A program made the translations under genes and the position numbers. 64,000 nucleotides of DNA, from assembly GCF_006345805.1 (NCBI RefSeq), contig NC_043018.1, positions 15,252,001-15,316,000 on the forward strand, read 5' to 3'. The notes beneath the pieces were generated by a model. The model saw nothing but the letters and a program-made list of their open reading frames with translations. It was not told the origin of the DNA and ran no database searches. Source of the stretch: Octopus sinensis. Taxonomy: Eukaryota. Positions 53,036 through 64,000 of this stretch are shown here, one piece after another (within the stretch, counting starts at the first letter, position 1; every line of letters starts with the position of its first letter).

Positions 53036-53182
53036 ACAACCCTAACAAAGAAATTGTAATGGAACACTCTGAATGTTCAGGTCTGGTAGTCAAACGTTAT
53101 TTCACTGATGGCGTTGATGTGTCTGGATCATCATCACCTTCAGCAAAAACATCAGTAGCAAATTTTGCTAAGTTTATACTAG
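53036..53182 (+). CDS. Candidate exon resembling a discoidin-domain N-terminus
   Basis: Open phase 1-1 segment (D)NPNKEIVMEHSECSGLVVKRYFTDGVDVSGSSSPSAKTSVANFAKFIL; weak acceptor AATAG|, donor G|GTGAAA. Confidence 0.3.
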
Positions 53183-53849
53183 GTGAAATACACGTTTTTC
53201 TACAAATATAAAAAGCAGCCACTGATGCTGTTGCTGTTGTTGTTGTTGTTGTTGCTGTAGCTATTGTTGTTGTTGTTGTGGTGGTGGTGGTGGTGGTGGT
53301 GGTGGTGACGATGATGATATTGAGGATGACAGCAGGTCAAACATTATACTTTGTAAGACTGACAGTGCTAGAAGGCGAGAGATGTGCGTATTAACTAATA
53401 AAATGTATTAACAAATGAAAGACAAAAGTACAACAGTAACATAATCACACTCATTGGCTTGCAACTGTTTTGGTTATAAGTAACTGTACACCCCAGAGGT
53501 GAGTGCCACGGCAAGACATTATACCTTGCCAAGAGATTTTACATAAGTTTCATGTTAAGGCCTTTAATCCTTTCTGGATCTGTAAAATAAAGTACCTGGC
53601 AGGTACTGACTGCCCATCTGATAAGGGTACATTAGGCACATACTTCACAACCATGTGTGCAACATATTAATTTCATATCAAGATATACAGCACATGGCTT
53701 TGCAGGTGGGGCTGTTAGAATTTTCTTCTGGTCAAGAAGCCCATCCATTCAAAAGATCCCTGAATAAGGTTTGTTTAAGGATGATGAAAAATACACCTAT
53801 GTCTCCAGAGATGACAAGGACAAAGAAGGTAAATTGATGGGGATATGGC

Positions 53850-54420
53850 CTAGAAATGGTCATTCAGGCTGGACGAAAAGATTTGAATGAAATCCCTGAA
53901 GAGCTGATTCTACTGGAGGACATGAGGTTGAGGGTGGTGGTGGAAGGAAGACCAGCAACCTGCTATCAATGCGGAGAGAAGGGATACATGAGAATAAGGT
54001 GCCCCCAGAAAGACAGTAAAAATGAAGAAAGCCAAAAGGAGCAGAGTGGTGGCCCTAGCAAGTGAGAAATGCATGGAGGAAGTTGAGGAAGCATTTATGG
54101 AGATGGACAGGAGAAAAAGAAAAGAATTTGTGAACTCACCTCTGAAGAGTCCAAAAAAGATAAAAAGTGTGAAATGGACATTGCAGAGCTTATGCAGTAC
54201 ACACCTCCATCAGCATCACCAACAAAAGGAAACAAAAAGGAACTTACTCAGATAACCCAAGTTCACCACAGAAACAAACGGTTAAAAAGCCCAAGAAAAA
54301 TAAATGGTGTATGGTAACATATACAAAAAGTACAGCGCTAGAAAGGAAAATTACCAAATTCAAATCGGTAATTAGAGATAAATTACCAGCAGAGCTTGAC
54401 ACAGAAAATGCAAAAGGCAA
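53850..54420 (+). mobile_element. L1/Tx1-like ORF1 fragment with zinc knuckle
   Basis: LRVVVEGRPATCYQCGEKGYMRIRCP; related to the fragment at 12513. Confidence 0.6.
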
Positions 54421-54424
54421 AGTA

Positions 54425-54565
54425 TAAGGTTGTCCCAAAAGTTCGTAGAAAGTCTTGGAAAATAATGGTCTTTATTTTGAGGAATAATTTTTGTTGTTTT
54501 TGTTAGTACTTGGCGAGTAAAAATTCAATTTTCGCAAGTGTTTACGAACTTTTGGGACAACCTAA
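54425..54565. mobile_element. Short mariner-type MITE
   Basis: TIRs TAAGGTTGTCCCAAAAGTTCGTA / TACGAACTTTTGGGACAACCTAA with TA flanks. Confidence 0.85.
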
Positions 54566-55079
54566 TAATAGACCAAGAGAGGTTTGGAAAATTAAAAGAA
54601 TGGTTTGGAACCAACATAGACCCATTAGAAGTGGCGGTAGATTTCGACGACCTACAGCCTGTTGTAGATTATGTATATTTAAAGCCATACATGACCTTGT
54701 AAAGCGTGAGTAAGCTTTTAAATTTTGTTAAAATAGACTACACATACAATGCTAAAAGGAAATAAAAAGAGAAAAAATTATATAAAAACTTTTTATTGAA
54801 ACAGTTAAATGTTACTGCTTGAGAGTGGGGTTCAAGTAAGCCATTACATCCTCATTAATTATTATTCACCTCTCATTCATTCGTTTTATGTTTTTTGTCC
54901 CCACTGTGGTATTTTGTCTGTCCTTGTGCCATCCCCTTCTGTATCTTGACCTATGTGCCAAATAAAGAAATACAGTCAGCGAGGTATGCCGTATGAACGA
55001 GTCACGCAGACGACAAAGTTACATCATCATAATACAGGACATATCACATATTAACTGTTGTAGGTATTGGCCAACTCAT

Positions 55080-55470
55080 ATCTCCATGTCTTGATCTCTA
55101 CTCCACTGGTGCTAAGACTTTACACCCAGAGATTAGATGGTCCACTGTTTCAATCACATTTGAGCAGAATCAGCACTTTGGGTCTACACCAGTTTTCTTC
55201 ATATTGGCTTGGTAGTTCCAGATCAATAAGCTTTGATCTTCAGCAACTAAGATGAAGCCTTCACTCTCTGCCTTTAGCTCTGAGCTTTGTAGCCACTGAT
55301 GAGTGTGCTTCTGGTCAACATCAGCTTGTTTGCTATGGGCCACATATTTGCCATGCAGAGATTTCTGCTCCCACCTATCTGCCAATCGTTCATGTGCTTT
55401 TTCCCATGCCATTGATTTCACCTTCTTTGCAAAAATAGTTGCTGCAGTTCCCTCAGGTTGTTCAGCCTGA
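55080..55470 (-). mobile_element. Dong/R4-type LINE fragment (post-RT region)
   Basis: WEQKSLHGKY..VDQKHTHQWLQSSELKAESEGFILVAEDQSL..DPKC. Confidence 0.8.
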
Positions 55471-55863
55471 GGAGTTCAAATTCTACCAAAGTCGACTTTC
55501 GGGGTCGATAAATTAAGCCCCCTCCGATAAAATTTCAGACCTTGTAGAAAGGATTACTATTATTATTATTATGGCTTAGTGGTTAGGGTGTGGCACTCAT
55601 GGTTTCACCTACCGGAGTGAGTGGTGCATTGTGTTCTTAAGCAAAGCACTTCCTTTCACATTAGTCTACTGTCATTTTGACACCTGACACGTGATACACG
55701 GTGCACCTGTTTAGACAATATTCATTTGATGGAAGGAGTGAGTTCGTGTACAGCACATGCATTTGGTCACTGTAAAACAAATCATTTGTGCAGGTCATTC
55801 ATTGAAAAAGCTGAACACTTACACATCGTCTTCAACAGGAGAGTCCGTCATCATCATCATTAA

Positions 55864-55896
<33 letters not shown>

Positions 55897-56210
55897 CATT
55901 TGAGGTGTGGTAGTAGTAGTAGAAGCAGTTAATGTATTCGCTTACACACGCCTTCAGATATTCAACTTATGTAGAGGATTATTTAAGGTGAGTGATTGTG
56001 CGCCTGCTGAAGCATAAGTTTTAAATTCCAGTGACAAAGGAGAATGGAGGAAAAGAAAACAAGGCTACTCACGCCTTCATACCCTATACACCTCTCTCTT
56101 TCATATTTACACACACACACACAAACACATAAGATGTTGTTTGCCAGAGGTGAGTGCTGAATGAGGCAAAGCTATGATGAAATGTATTCAAGTCAGCCAT
56201 GATTAATTAA

Positions 56211-56428
56211 TAGGAGTGGCTGTGTGATAAGTAGCTTGCTTACCAACCACATGATTCCGGGTTCAGTCCCACTGCGTGGCACCTTGGGCCGACCAAAGCC
56301 TTGTGTGTGGAACTGGTAGATGGAAACTGAAAGAAGCCCATCATATATATGTATATATACACACACACACATATATATATATATGTATATATACATGTAA
56401 AAGAGTAAAAGAGTAAAAGAGAAAAGAG

Positions 56429-56467
<39 letters not shown>

Positions 56468-56682
56468 ATGTGTATATGTTTGTGTATCTGTGTTTGTCCC
56501 CCCAACATCGCTTGACAACTGATGCTGGTGTGTTTATGTCCCCTGTAACATAGCGGTTTGGCAAAAGAGACCAATAGAATAAGTACTAGGCTTACAAAAA
56601 ATAAGTCCTGGGGTCGATTTACTCGACTAGACGTGGTGCTCCAGCATGGCCACAGTCAAATGACTGAAACAAGTAAAAGAGT
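56211..56682 (+). mobile_element. SINE family C (CpG-decayed)
   Basis: Homology to 5292. Confidence 0.88.
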
Positions 56683-56979
56683 ATCTCTAAGAAAGTGGAC
56701 AAACGGCCAAGTTGTTAGGGTGTTTTGTAGAATGGCTTGCAGTACTTGTTTTAGCTTTCAGTGCTCCGAGTTCAAATTCCACGGAGGTTAACTTTTCTTT
56801 CCATTCTTTTGCGGGGTCAATAAAGTACAAATGTAGTGCTTAGGGAAATTATTAGAATGTCAGACATGACGGAGGTTGTTAACGCCTTCCAGTAACTATT
56901 CCACCGCTCTGTGTTCTGATGGACAATACCTGCATCATTGTCAAGCTGTGTTAGCCCTTGCCTTTTTCCTGAACAACAT

Positions 56980-57200
56980 TCATCATCATCATCATCATCA
57001 TCATCATTTAGCATCCGCTTTCCATGCTAGCATGGGTTGGACGGTTCAACTGGGGTCTGGGAAACCAGAAGGCTGCACCAGGCCCAGTCTGATCTGGCAA
57101 TGTTTCTACGGCTGGATGCCTTTCCTAACGCCAACCATTCCGTGAGTGTAGTGGGTGCTTTTTATGTGCCACTGGCACGGGGGCAAGGTGAGGCTGGCAA
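56980..57200 (-). mobile_element. Family D element
   Basis: Homology to 38765. Confidence 0.85.
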
Positions 57201-57902
57201 CATTGTTGGCATAAAGACAGACCTACTTGTATGGACAACACCTTATCCCAGCCTGTATCTTGAAGAACTTCCCATATGAAGATGCATAGTTTCAAAAGGC
57301 ATACTGATGCTGAAACGACACTAAGCTACAATATGAGGAAGATTTGTCTACTCTTTCTAACAGCTCAAGCAACCATATAGAGGTGTTGCTTGATGCTGGT
57401 GTTAATTTTGATGGTTGAGTGTATGTGTTGTTTGATAAACACAACTACAAATGAGCTATTGTTTGACCTACAAGAAATTGCAACCAAACCTCTGTCAAGT
57501 TACATCTTAATGTCTGAAAATAAGGAAACTACTCATCCTATATTCCTGGTTTGATATAAAATGAAAAGAAAATGATCTGTTAAATGTAGGACTTCATTGA
57601 TCTTATCGGATCAGGGGTTAATCTTAGGCTAATGAACCACCAGTAGACCTGTTAATAAAGGACAATTGGGGTGTTGAGTAAGTCTCAGAGTTTCTGGTGG
57701 GCAACAACAGATTGTATTGAAGCTACTGAACCAGGAAATAACCATGATCAAAGTCATCGTTACTCACCACTGTCACCCAAACTTCAAGTTTCATCAAGAT
57801 GTTTTATGATTCCATATTAAGTTTGCAAATCTCATTTTAGTAAATTTTTGCATGAAAATATATTTGTGGTGCAGATACATAGACTGAGAGACATGGGTAA
57901 AT

Positions 57903-57975
57903 ATACATACATACATACATACATACATACATACATACGTACGTATGTACGTACATACATACATACATGCAAACA

Positions 57976-58006
<31 letters not shown>

Positions 58007-58094
58007 GTACATACATACATACGTACGTACGTACGTACATACATACATACATACATACATACATACTACATACATACATACATACATACATACA

Positions 58095-58128
<34 letters not shown>

Positions 58129-58154
58129 CATACATACATATATACATACATACA

Positions 58155-58185
<31 letters not shown>

Positions 58186-58200
58186 TAGTATACATACATA
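57903..58200. repeat. (CATA)n array
   Basis: Read directly. Confidence 0.95.
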
Positions 58201-58687
58201 CGCATTCAATATGTATTGTGCAATAGTTGAATGTGGTATAATATAGTGTGGGGTAATAGTGTGTAGTTTGATGATGTTATGGTTTATACAAAAATTAAAT
58301 TACTACTGTCAAGTACATAGCCATTTACAAATATAGCAATTCATGCTTCAAATTTGTAATCATTGACCCATGATACAGAAATATAGATACCACTCATTGC
58401 ATGTATAAATACATAAATATATACATGAATAAATGCATAGTCATACATACAAATATACATTCACACAAACATATGTGCATATATACGCACATATATGTAC
58501 ACATGATTCAGACATAGACAGACACACTTACATATACTCATACAATCTTCATACATACTTATATACATATATACACACCTACATTAGACGGAACTCCAGT
58601 GGTTATGATGACGAGTGTTTCAATTGATCCAATCAAAAAGCAGCCTGCTCGTTAAATTAATGTGCAAATGGCTAAGCAGTCCACACA

Positions 58688-58735
<48 letters not shown>

Positions 58736-58889
58736 TAACATAGTTTACAGGGAAATTGAGTGGGACAAAGAATATGATAAGGATGGCCCCTTTGAATTAC
58801 GGGTACAACTGATTTTTGCCGGCTGAGTAGGCAATGTGTCTTTCCGCCTGTCTGTCTATCTATCTGTACATACATACATACATACATAC

Positions 58890-59105
58890 ATATATGTGAG
58901 CATATCTAGATATGCAACTATATGCATGAGAATACATACTTAAAGCAAAACATACAAATCTGCACATATACATACATACATATAAACAAAAATACCTGTT
59001 GTTGATGTTGAAATTCCAATGAAGGAGCCTTGGATCTAGGTTAGAAACCGGTTCTTTCCCTATTGGTAAGAAATCTTGAAATAAAACTGAACAATAACAT
59101 GCATA
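58890..59105 (+). mobile_element. 3' UTR fragment of the RLE LINE seen at 3420-3830, inserted in (CATA)n
   Basis: Clearly homologous to 3585-3830. Confidence 0.8.
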
Positions 59106-59452
59106 CATACATACACACACACACATACACACACACACTTTACGCAATAAGCAAGGGGTAGCATTTTACTTGGGTAAACTCTGTGAACTTTGACTTTTCA
59201 GTGATTCTAAAAAATCCTCTGCTCTTTGCAAAAATATAAAAAAATGTTTTACACAAGTTTTCTCAATGTAGGGGAGAACTAACTCTGACTTTTGTACCCC
59301 TGAGTGAAAACTGGACCAAAATTTTTGTCCTTAATTAGCTTTGAATCTTTGTTCTGTAGAAGAATAAACACTTACTGTGTAATTGTTTCTGATATAGGCC
59401 AGAAAAAAAAAAGAAACCATATATATTTAGCAGGAAGGGGAAAGTTGATTAA

Positions 59453-59669
59453 CCCTTTATTTAAACTGGCCATATCCGGCCAGAAGTATTCTGCCTGTTT
59501 TATGGTCAAACTGGCCAGATCTGGTCTCTCACACCAACCCTACAATATCGTTTTAAAAATTAACAGCTACCTCATCAAAATCTCATAGCTACAAGATAAT
59601 GCATAATAGTTCAAAGCAATGTGGATAAAAAAAGATTAATTTTGGCAGAATAATGCGAACACTAAAGGG
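59453..59669. mobile_element. piggyBac-type MITE
   Basis: TTAA|CCCTTTA ... TAAAGGG|TTAA. Confidence 0.75.
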
Positions 59670-59964
59670 TTAAATCAGTTTTAGTACTTGATTCATTCTT
59701 TATTTTATTGAGCCTGACAGGATTGGCGTCAGTTGGATTTGAACTCAAAACAAATGCTCTCTTACGATACTGATTCCCACACACCTTAGTATCTGTATTG
59801 CAATGATATTCTACATAGGCCTAAGGTCACAAATCCAGGTTAAGGGTTAGTAACTGATTTTATAAATCACAGCGGGGAAGAAACAAAAATTTGACTCAGC
59901 AAATTTTTGACAGAAAACAAATACCACAAGACATTTTATTTGATAGTTAATGATTCATTACCTT

Positions 59965-60300
59965 AGCGTCATCGTCATCATCATCTTTTAATGTCTATTG
60001 TCCATGCTGGCATGGCATGGATGGTGTGACCTGAGCTGGCAAACTGGTGGGGCTGTATCAGACTCCAGTCTGATTTGGTATGGTTTCTATGGCTGGATGC
60101 CTTTCCTAATGCCAACCCTTTTACAGAATGTGCTGGGCACTTTTATGTGGCACTGCATGTGTGTTTTTATGTGACACCACACAAATGCTTCTATGTGATG
60201 CTGTATGGGCACTTTTACGTGTTGTCACACGGGCGCTTTTACATAGCACTATTCTGGAACTTTTACATAGCACTGCCATGGGTGCTTTACAGAGCCAGAA
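59965..60300 (-). mobile_element. Old family D element with ~22-bp internal repeats
   Basis: GGATGCCTTTCCTAATGCCAACC plus repeated TTTTA(T/C)GTG.CAC units. Confidence 0.75.
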
Positions 60301-61469
60301 GGGTCAGTCTTAACATTTCTGCTGTGGGATACAGGTCTTTTTGTGTACAGCCAGGTGCCAGGTATCTTGGTCTTTTGTCATATCTGTAATATAATTGGTC
60401 ATATCAATATCTATAAAGCTGAGATGCAAAAAAGTTATTTGATTTCTTGGTTATTTGTCTCATTTTGGGATGGAAACGGTTTAAGGGGCAGTAGATGGGG
60501 TCGGATTGGTGCCAAAATTTACACTGGGGGGGGAGGGTAAAATGGGGTGGCAATGGTGTGAGGAGAGTTGCAAGTCATTCGGGGCTACCGTTTGGTTGCC
60601 ATGGTGAGGAATATGGGATAATTTGAGTTTTATGGGATAGACAGGTTGCGCTGTTTCAATAATTTTGGTTTTTCATATTGCTGCAGGGGCTAGAGTCAGT
60701 TATCTTTAATTGTGGGTGTAAAAATTTGGGGGATTTTGATAAGCGGGGTAAAGAAGAGGGCAATAAAAAGAACCAGGCAAAGAAGACGAACAAAAAAAAG
60801 AAAGGGAAAAGGAGACAACATGCACAAAATAACACCACAACCAAAATCTGAGCGAAGCACGGGTCAAAATTGCTAGTCTGTAATATAAAAGGCATAAACT
60901 TGAGGGAAAGGGTTAATTGATTATATTTGCCCAATGCTTGACAGGTACTTATTTTATTAACCATGGATGAATAAAAGGTAATGTTGACAATGACTGTATT
61001 TGAAGTCAGAATGTAAAGAGCTGGAATAAATATCTAAAGATGTTTTGCCTGATGTTCTAACAGTCCTACCAATGGAGTAGTTCATATTACTTCATAAGGA
61101 GTATAGGGCTGGTTTCCTGGTTTCTCTGGCATAGATATTTCCTCCCTTGATAAGATGCAGGTCCATCACAAAATTACTCATTTTTAGACCAGAACAACAT
61201 GCATTACACAAGAACACAATGCATTGTCTAGTCCTGGAATCAGAACCAGAATCTTACAATTGTATGTCTAACACCCTGACCACCAAGCTCTGTGCCTCCT
61301 GCCAATGTTTCACCCTTAATATCTATAGCAATAAGATTATAAACCCTCATTCACAAACCTCAGTCTTGTGTCTTCTCAAAAGAAGATATTACAACCGAAA
61401 CATAAGAGATCTCCAGCCTGTGTGAAAACCAAGGTGTTACATTTAATATCTAAAAGTACCTTTTGAGTG

Positions 61470-61780
61470 TTGGGCCTCACAGAGGCAATGACAAATGACT
61501 GAGACCTTCAGCAATATGCCATGCTTGAGTAGAAGACCCATCAAGCCAAGTGAATTCATAGTCATGGCAAATGCTGGTGTCATGCGACTGGCACCCATGC
61601 TTGTGGTATGTAAAAGCACCCATTACACTCTCAGAGTGGTTGGCATTAGGAAGGGCATCCAGACATAGAAACCATGCCAAATCAGGCTGGAATCTGGCAC
61701 AGCCCTTCAGCTTGCCAGCCCTGGTCAAACCATCCAACCCATGCCAGCACGGACAACGGACATTAAATGATGATGGTGAT
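61470..61780 (+). mobile_element. Family D element, longer copy
   Basis: Homology to 38765 with extra 5' sequence. Confidence 0.78.
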
Positions 61781-62872
61781 TCAGGTGGTAAGTTTTCAGA
61801 GCTATTGGAAAATTGAATAAGTCATTTTGTAGCATTCATTATAGCTCTAGGTGTTCTGAGTTCAAATCCTACCAAGGTGAATCTTACTTGTTGCTGATGC
61901 AGGGGCAATAAATAAAGTACTTGTTCTGGGAGTGATTCCTCTCTCTCTCTCTCTCTCACTCTCTCTCTCTCTCTCTCTCACTCTCTCTCTCTCTGTTACT
62001 TTATTTCTTGATCTGTAACATTGTTACACAAGGTTGGTCATAACTCTTTATATTGCCCCAGAATATTTCTGTAGGTTGACAATATTGAAAAAATGAAATA
62101 AAATAAAATGAAATAAAATAAAATAGAATAAAGACAATCCTGGTTTCAGTGGAATGTTGGGGCAAAATGTAAAAAGAACATGAATGAATACCACAAGGTA
62201 TTTTAGTCCGTCATTGTATTCTTGGTAGGATTTGAACAACATTCTTAAAGTAAATAATTGAACAAACAGCACATTTGTATTCAAAAGAAAACAACAACAA
62301 CAACAACAACAACAAGCAAACAAACAGTGAGGATCATTTGCAATGTCAGTAGAAAACTTACTCGTTGTGAAGGTGTAAAAGCAATAAAATTATAAATGTA
62401 GGACAGTTTGTATGATTTATTTCTAACTGAAAAAAAAAAAAAAATGTAACCATTTGACAAAAACAGAATTCTTATAAAAGCCAGTGACAAAAGAATTGTT
62501 ACAATGCAAGCAATGATAGCATAAAATTTTTGTAGAAGTACTGGAAGGTTTATCTGTCAAATTGTGCCATTTTAAATAATTCTACTGATAAGAAAATAGT
62601 CACTATTAAATAGAAACATTTTTTGCATTTTTACATTTTTTTTTCAAATGTTCAAAAAAGAATACTTTGGTTATTAAAATTTCACCTGTGTACTTATAAT
62701 TGTAAGTTTTGTAGGGATACCACCTGAAGACTTTATGTTTCTTGAGAAAGTTGTTAAACTTTTTCTTCTCAAGTTGCACATATCTAATTTTCTACAAATG
62801 ATATTTTATTTTTCGTTTTTGGATTTGGTTTGCAGGATTCTTTACATGAGTTCGTGTGTTGAAGCTTATTCT

Positions 62873-63098
62873 GTTGTGTCTGGGGAGAGTCATTTTCTTT
62901 TTGTGCCTTATTATTTAACACACTCACCAGTAAAATTTCCACTTCTTTCTTATTTTTTATTGTCAAAACTATTGAAAAGGTTGCAAGACGCAACAAAAAT
63001 TTTAGGACAATAAAAAATAGGAAAAAAGTGGAAATTTTACCAGTGAGCGTGTTAAATAATAGGGCACAAAAAGAAAATGACTCTCCCCAGACAAACAG
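62873..63098. repeat. Foldback element with ~90-bp arms
   Basis: TGTCTGGGGAGAGTCATTTTC...TTGTC pairs with GACAA...GAAAATGACTCTCCCCAGACA. Confidence 0.88.
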
Positions 63099-63312
63099 GA
63101 TATTTTATTTGGTCCACCGATTTCTTAACTGTTTCTATGATATTTCAAGTTTTTATTTAGTGATATTAATGAGATTTTAACAGAGTTTCAGTGCCTCTCT
63201 AATTGCTTTCAATGATTTGTTAATGTGTTCCAGTAATATTTTGATTTGTTTCTTCATGTTTTGTATTTTAATGAGTTGAATGTGATTTTGATGGCGTCTG
63301 TGTGTTTTCTAG

Positions 63313-63448
63313 GTAAAACTTGATGCACAAAATGGTTCAGCAGAAATCAATTTTGGGAATATTCTTGCCAGACGAATTAGAATCATAGTTGTTGATTTTG
63401 AAACAAGACCATGCTTTCGTTTTAAGTTAACAGCTTCAGAAACAAAAG
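63313..63448 (+). CDS. Internal exon, discoidin / F5-8 type C domain (C-terminal part)
   Basis: TTTTCTAG| acceptor, G|GTAAGG donor; VKLDAQNGSAEINFGNILARRIRIIVVDFETRPCFRFKL fits F...I.AR.IRI......C.R.EL; phase 0 to 1, in frame with the 50640 donor. Confidence 0.85.
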
Positions 63449-63622
63449 GTAAGGCAAACACAGGTTCTGCAGAATTTAGATTTCAAATTAATGCTATCTA
63501 TCACTAGAATCTATCAAATGCTCAAATGTGAAGGTTGTCAGAAATGTCAGAAGATATTGTTTGAATTTAAATACTTGGGGATAACAGCTTCTTTATTTGA
63601 AAAGTATCCCAAAAGTTATACT

Positions 63623-64000
63623 AGGTGCAGGAGTGGCTGTGTGGTAAGTAGCTTGCTTACCAGCCACATGGTTCTGGGTTCATTCCCACTGCGTGGCACC
63701 TTGAGCAAGTGTCTTATACCATAGCCTCGGGCTGACCAAAGCCTTTGGTAATCGGAAACTGAAAAAAGCCCATCATATATATGTATATATATATATATAT
63801 ATATGCATGTATGTGTGTGTTTATGTGTTTGCGTTTGTCCCCGCAACATTGCTTGACAACTGATAATGGTGTGTTTATGTCACCGTAACTTAGCGGTTCG
63901 GCAAAAGAGACCAATAAAATAAGTACTAGGCTTACAAAGAATATGTCCTGGGGTCGATTTGCTCGACTAAAGGTGGTGCTCCAGCATGGCCGCAGTCAAA
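63623..64000 (+). mobile_element. SINE family C (runs to window edge)
   Basis: Homology to 5292. Confidence 0.88.

Noticed and set aside
53097-53200. Minus-strand reading after acceptor TATTTGTAG (KTCISPSINLAKF...SVK*)
   Set aside because: Early stop and no partner exons; kept only as an alternative explanation for the plus-strand candidate.

Overview
AT-rich, microsatellite- and SINE-dense eukaryotic DNA. The SINE families, (TA)n/(TATG)n/(CA)n/(TTA)n arrays and LINE fragments point to a coleoid cephalopod, probably Octopus (inference, no database check). Nearly all six-frame ORFs are repeat artefacts. Real coding content: (1) one intronless 1056-aa minus-strand ORF (42330-45500) with an N-terminal SKICH domain and a coiled coil, TAX1BP1/CALCOCO-like but with no C-terminal zinc finger; (2) plus-strand exons: a TATA-driven signal-peptide exon (17902-17965) and two exons (50447-50640, 63313-63448) that splice in frame into a discoidin (F5/8 type C) domain. 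If these exons form one gene, the SKICH gene is nested antisense in its intron. The rest is tRNA-derived SINEs (one family has four alternative tails), Dong/R4-type RLE LINE pieces at (TAA)n, RTE, CR1-group and L1/Tx1-like ORF1 fragments, mariner/pogo/piggyBac/Merlin-type MITEs and non-autonomous Helitrons. Most interesting non-coding signals: minimal hammerhead-ribozyme-like motifs (6695-6739 +, 37320-37362 -), a nested foldback cluster in (TA)n at 35.9-37.4 kb, a candidate out-of-order discoidin exon at 53036-53182, and a CpG-rich to CpG-poor transition near 46-47 kb. All calls were made by eye and repeat boundaries are approximate.
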